Shown here piece by piece: positions 59,201-64,000 of a DNA stretch of 64,000 nucleotides. Position 1 is the stretch's first letter, and each line of letters begins with the position of its first letter. The stretch covers positions 333,343 through 397,342 of the forward strand of contig NW_018407755.1 in the NCBI RefSeq assembly GCF_002113885.1, read 5' to 3'. The DNA comes from Mizuhopecten yessoensis (Eukaryota). The translations under genes and the position numbers were made by a program. The notes below the pieces were generated by a model. That model searched no databases and had not been told where the DNA came from. It saw only the letters and a program-made list of their open reading frames with translations.

Positions 59201-62200
59201 TGTCTCCTCTATAGTATAACCATTGTCTCATGTATAGTTTATAGCTATAACAGGGGACTGTAACACGATCCTTGCCTCCCCTAGCGTATATGTATAACTA
59301 CCACAGGGGACTGTAACACTATCATTGCCTCCCCTAGAGTATAAATATAGCTACAGCAGGGGACTGTAACATGATCATTGCCTCCCCTAAAGTATAAATA
59401 TAACTACCACAGGGGACTGTAACACTATCATTGCCTCCCCTATAGTATAAATATAACTACCACAGGGGACTGTAGCACGATCATTGCCTCCCCTAGAGTA
59501 TAAATATAGCTACAACAGGGGACTGTAACACTACCAATGCCTCCCCTAGAGTATAAATATAACTACCACAGGGGACTGTAACACGATCATTGCCTCCCTT
59601 AGAGTATAAATATAACTACCACAGGGGACTGAGGCACGATCATTGCCTCCCCTATAGTATATATATAACTACCACATGGGACTGTAGCACTATAATTGCC
59701 TCCCCTATAGTATATATATAACTACCACAGGGGACTGTAGCACGATCATTGCCTCACCTAGCGTATAAATATAGCTACAACAGGGGACTGTAACACTACC
59801 AATGCCTCCCCTAGAGTATAAATATAACTACCACAGGGGACTGTAACATTATCATTGCCTCCCCTAGAGTATAAATATAGCTACCACAGGGGACTGTAGC
59901 ACGATCATTGCCTCCCCTAGAGTATAAATATAGCTACCACAGGGGACTGTAGCACGATCATTGCCTCCCCTAGAGTATAAATATAGCCACAGCAGGGGAC
60001 TGTAACACGATCATTGACTCCCCTAAAGTATAAATATAACTACCACAGGGGACTGTAACACGATCATTGCCTCCCCTATAATATAAATATAACTACCACA
60101 GGGGACTGTAGCACGATCATTGCCTCCCCTAGCGTATAAATATAGCTACAACAGGGGACTGTAACACTATCAATGCCTCCCCTAGAGTATAAATATAACT
60201 ACCACAGGGGACTGTAACACGATCATTGCCTCCCCTAGAGTATAAATATAGCTACAACAGGGGACTGTTACAATATAATTGCCTCCCCTAGAGTATAAAT
60301 ATAACTACCACAGGGGACTGTAGCACGATCATTGCCGCCCAAGAGTATATATATAACTACCTCATGGGACTGTAGCACGATCATTGCCTCCCCTAGAGTA
60401 TAAATATAACTACCACAGGAGACTGTAGCACGATCATTGCCTCCCCTATAGTATAAATATATCTACCACAGGGGACTGTAGCACGATCATTGCCTCCCAA
60501 GAGTATATATATAACTACCACAGGGGACTGTAGCTTGATCAGTGCCCCCCGCAAGTACATATTTCACTATTACAGGGGACAGTAGCACTATATTTGCCTC
60601 CCCTAGAGTATATAGCTACCACAGGGGACTGCAGCACGGTCTTTACCTCCCCTTTCAGTGTATAGCGACCACAAGGGAACGGTACCCGATCCTTGCCTCC
60701 CCTATTAGTGTATATCTACCACAAGGGAACGGTACCAGATCCTTGCCTTCCTTTTAGTTTATAGCTACCACAGAGGACTCTAGCAAGATCCTTGCCTCCC
60801 TTATAGTAGGGAACTGTTGCACGAGCTAGCAGGAGACTGTATTACGATCCTTACTGACAGACGTAATGACGGACGATTGGGGATAATCATGATCGTTTCT
60901 TTAGGATCGTACCTATCTAGATGTACACTATGTACAATGATAGAATACTAAAAAATGTCAAATATTTACACAAAAAATATAAAAAGAATGTATTTCTAAC
61001 ATAAAATAATATCAACAGCGATGTTCATGTATTGATATTTAAAACGTCACAGTGTCTTGGATAATTTCTTATTTTTGGCCAGTGCCCGAATGTTGAGTTG
61101 TTTTTATAAACAGCGCGGAGTTGGGACGACAACTGAATAATAGATGACCGAGAGCTGTGTTTATGAGCCATTTTACATTACTTCCTTGTGAGAAATTGCG
61201 GGGTAAGGTTATTTAATTTTTTTTACATTAATATAGCTCTCTGAAATCTTATTGAATTACTATTTCGACAGTTCATTGAGCTATTTATTTTTTCTCTCCA
61301 TATTTTACCATAATGTTGACCATATTTTCCCGTTTTGGTACGGTACCATGATCATTCAAGAACACCGCTCGTTGTTTATTGCGTCTTACTCTTCTCTTTT
61401 TATCAGTGCATGTATATTTGCATGAATATCGATATCTAACACAGAGAATTTTGCGAAACCAATCACAAAATGCAATAATGATATAGTATGTGCTACGTGT
61501 CTCAATCAACAGAAAAGAAATATGTTGATAGATGTAAATCAGGACTTATTATGAACAATCAAAATATTAATATGGAGACCCTTGAAAGTAGAACAAGAAG
61601 AGGACCAGGTATTCCGGAAGGGTAAGCGTCCCCTGCTTCCATAAACGACACCCGCCATGTAAATCTAGGTCAAATCACAAGTATCTGCTTCTAAAATGAA
61701 TACATGTAAATGGATTTACTATATCTTCTCCGTTTTCGGGGCAGATACTCTTTTCAAGGCAGAGTAATGAGAATTTGAAAAAAACGTTGATAAAAGCACC
61801 CCCTGACTTAATCCTCTGTTTTTTTTATGAACGATCTTTAAGTGACGAATATATGCCTGTTTAGTGTACACATGTTTTCAAAAACAGAAATTCCATTTTT
61901 GGTTTTTAAGCTCATTTTGAAAACAGCAAATTATATTTGTGATTTACCCTACCCCTTTTGGTACCCCCAAAAACTCACTTTCGGTCAAACTTTTACCTTA
62001 GTCTTTGCGCATGTAATACAAAAGGACATCTTTGAACACATCAAGGAGGGCAAATATACAGTGGCCAAAAAAAGGGCCTTAAAAACACTCATCCTTTGTG
62101 TTTCTATAGCGTTTTAACTGACTGCAGGTAAAGTCACATTGCAAAAATGTAATATGCATGAAATATAGAGGAACAGATTATTATTAGCTTGAATTTGGAA

Positions 62201-64000
62201 CTAGACTGTAAATTGAGATACAGGACCTACAAGTCGTTTACCAGGGATAACTAAGAGAACTGGTCAAGAGACGTTTTGTTATGGACACGCAGAGACGTTT
62301 TGTTATGGACACGCGATAGTACCTAATTAGAACACGTTTATCCTGAGAATCGAATCTCAGACTTTCGTGTTGAAGGTCAAATTGACATAACTAATACTGA
62401 CCTTGCCCTGTGGTGAGGATGACTGGGCGGGTTAACGCCAAAACCAACCACAAAACTCCTTCCGGTGTCTCCCAGAGCGATATGGATCTGAGACTTCGCC
62501 CATGCGCGGTATGCGTCGCTATTTATTCCATGCTCAGCAGCTACCAAAGCTACGAACGCCATATTGGCTGCAAGGAAAATACGAAAATGTCTCTTATTTT
62601 CGTACAATTTCAAGAGTTTCCTTCATTATACATAGTGTACCTTATGTCTGGGAAATCCCTTGTTTATATCTAGCTGCGGAGTATTTGTCCAAGATGTCCC
62701 TTTTTCACATAATCATAAAGCTACCAATTACCTGCACGAACATGTCTAGTCCTTGTTTCTTCATTTGGTACGTAATATTATTATATATCTTGGGGACGCC
62801 AATGTTTCTATACAAAGCTACGTACTAACGTGGCAGGTTTTAATAGTGTAACTTCGCGCTAGGTAGCGGGTCCCTTTAGCTCAATGGTTAGAGCAGCGGA
62901 CTAGAATGCTGGAGTCGCTGGTTTGATCCCCGACGAAAGCATATTACTATTATAAATATTGCATCAACATTTCAATATATTTAGTATAATACAAGGTACT
63001 GCTTGCCAGAGTCCCCCATTCGCTGCTGTATATAGCTACGTAGCGGCATGCCTGATAGATCCCATTCCGTTACTAAATATAGCTACCTACCGGCATGCCT
63101 GAGAGATCGAATTCCGTTACTAAATATAGCTACCTACCGGCATGCCTGAGAGATCCACTTCCGTTATTAAATATAGCTACCTACCGGCATGCCTGAGAGA
63201 TCCACTTCCGTTACTAAATATAGATACCTACCGGCATGCCTGACATATTCCTTCCCTAATTATATATAGCTACGTTTACGTACCAGCATGCCTGAGAGAT
63301 CCCCATTGGTCGCGGAAGGCTAGGCCACTTTTGAAGTAGGGGAGACTTCCTCCGGGCATCCAATCCGTGAATGTGCCTGTAATATCAGCCTTATACTTGT
63401 CTTCTCCGGTGACATTGTACAGTAATACCTGTAACATGAAAGAAAGGTATACACCACGCGATAGAACGACAATTATTTATTAAACGCCAAACCTCTCTAT
63501 ATAAAAAATATACCTGACCTTACTCACAGTATCTTGTAAGACCTACACACGGGCCGTGACATACACCAAAGGTATCAAAAGTGATAAATTTAAGGGTAAA
63601 GGCAACATGTGACCGATTGGAATAGTGAGCTTGGTGATTTTGGCATGATATGTCAATGAGGTAGCACTCTAAAGTCGGCATCCGCTCAGCGCTATCGAAA
63701 GGAGACAAATACACCAACATACGGCCAACAAAAACACCACCATACGGCAAACAAATACACCAACAAGCGGCCTCCTGTACACACGCACACATTACACGTG
63801 TCCTTAAATGACCACGGCTGTTGATAGGACGTTAAACAAAATAAAATAAAAACCGAATTCCCAGCGTCTCGCCTTACCTTACAACCTATATCCTTGTTAC
63901 CCCAGGACTGTCCCCAGCTAGTTCCCGGATGGTGATATTTCTTGGAATCTGTCAGGAATTTCTCCTCACCTGTGGCCAAATACAGCCACGCCCCTCCCCA
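56261..64000 (-). CDS. GH9 endo-1,4-beta-glucanase (cellulase) C, 3' part (5' end outside window)
   Basis: Exons >64000-63878, 63428-63284, 62567-62402, 56804-56614, 56298-56261 (TAG). The last four exons match gene B in size (145/166/191/38). Motifs [22 protein letters not shown]. Confidence 0.92.
57110..62098. mobile_element. ~5-kb block bounded by ~250-bp inverted repeats (candidate non-autonomous DNA transposon)
   Basis: 57110..57369 is the reverse complement, with substitutions, of 61849..62098. Confidence 0.6.
59085..60830. repeat. 53-bp satellite array (~30 copies)
   Basis: Unit ctaccacaggggactgtagcacgatcattgcctcccctagagtataaatataa; degenerate at both edges. Confidence 0.97.
62866..62945 (+). 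mobile_element. tRNA-like repeat head (degenerate)
   Basis: tagctcaatggttagagc ... ggtttgatcccc; no intact acceptor stem. Confidence 0.55.
63030..63245. repeat. 47-bp minisatellite derived from the adjacent exon end and splice donor
   Basis: Unit ccgttactaaatatagctacctaccggcatgcctgagagatccactt at 63067, 63114, 63161, 63208; compare the exon end gtaccagcatgcctgagagatcc at 63280. Confidence 0.9.
63600..63855 (+). mobile_element. SINE 3' portion
   Basis: tagcactctaaagtcggcatc..gtccttaaatgaccacggctgttgataggacgttaaacaaaataaa; homologous to 42790..42960. Confidence 0.6.

Noticed and set aside
59085-60830. CRISPR-like regular array
   Set aside because: No unique spacers, no cas genes, eukaryotic intron context; it is a plain satellite.

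Overview
AT-rich, intron-containing animal DNA. It is most likely a mollusc, probably a bivalve, inferred from the CBM-bearing GH9 cellulases and the repeat types. I reconstructed spliced genes by hand. On + is a 4-exon core-1 beta-1,3-galactosyltransferase (C1GALT1-like, 5881..14032). On - is a head-to-tail cluster of three GH9 endo-1,4-beta-glucanase (cellulase) paralogues: A 26185..16703 and B 50873..40560 are complete with 11 coding exons each, and C is cut by the window edge. A ~2.2-kb unit repeated ~5 times (with one assembly N) separates A and B. Introns and spacers carry many minisatellites, MITEs, SINEs and a decayed LINE. The most notable signals no ORF explains are: four minimal hammerhead-ribozyme motifs, all on the sense strand of the local gene and three of them intronic; a 157-bp TG..CA solo LTR with a 4-bp TSD enclosing a tRNA-like cassette; a 47-bp minisatellite built from copies of a cellulase exon/5' splice site; and a ~5-kb intronic block bounded by ~250-bp inverted repeats around a 53-bp satellite. 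Most short ORFs in the supplied track are spurious.
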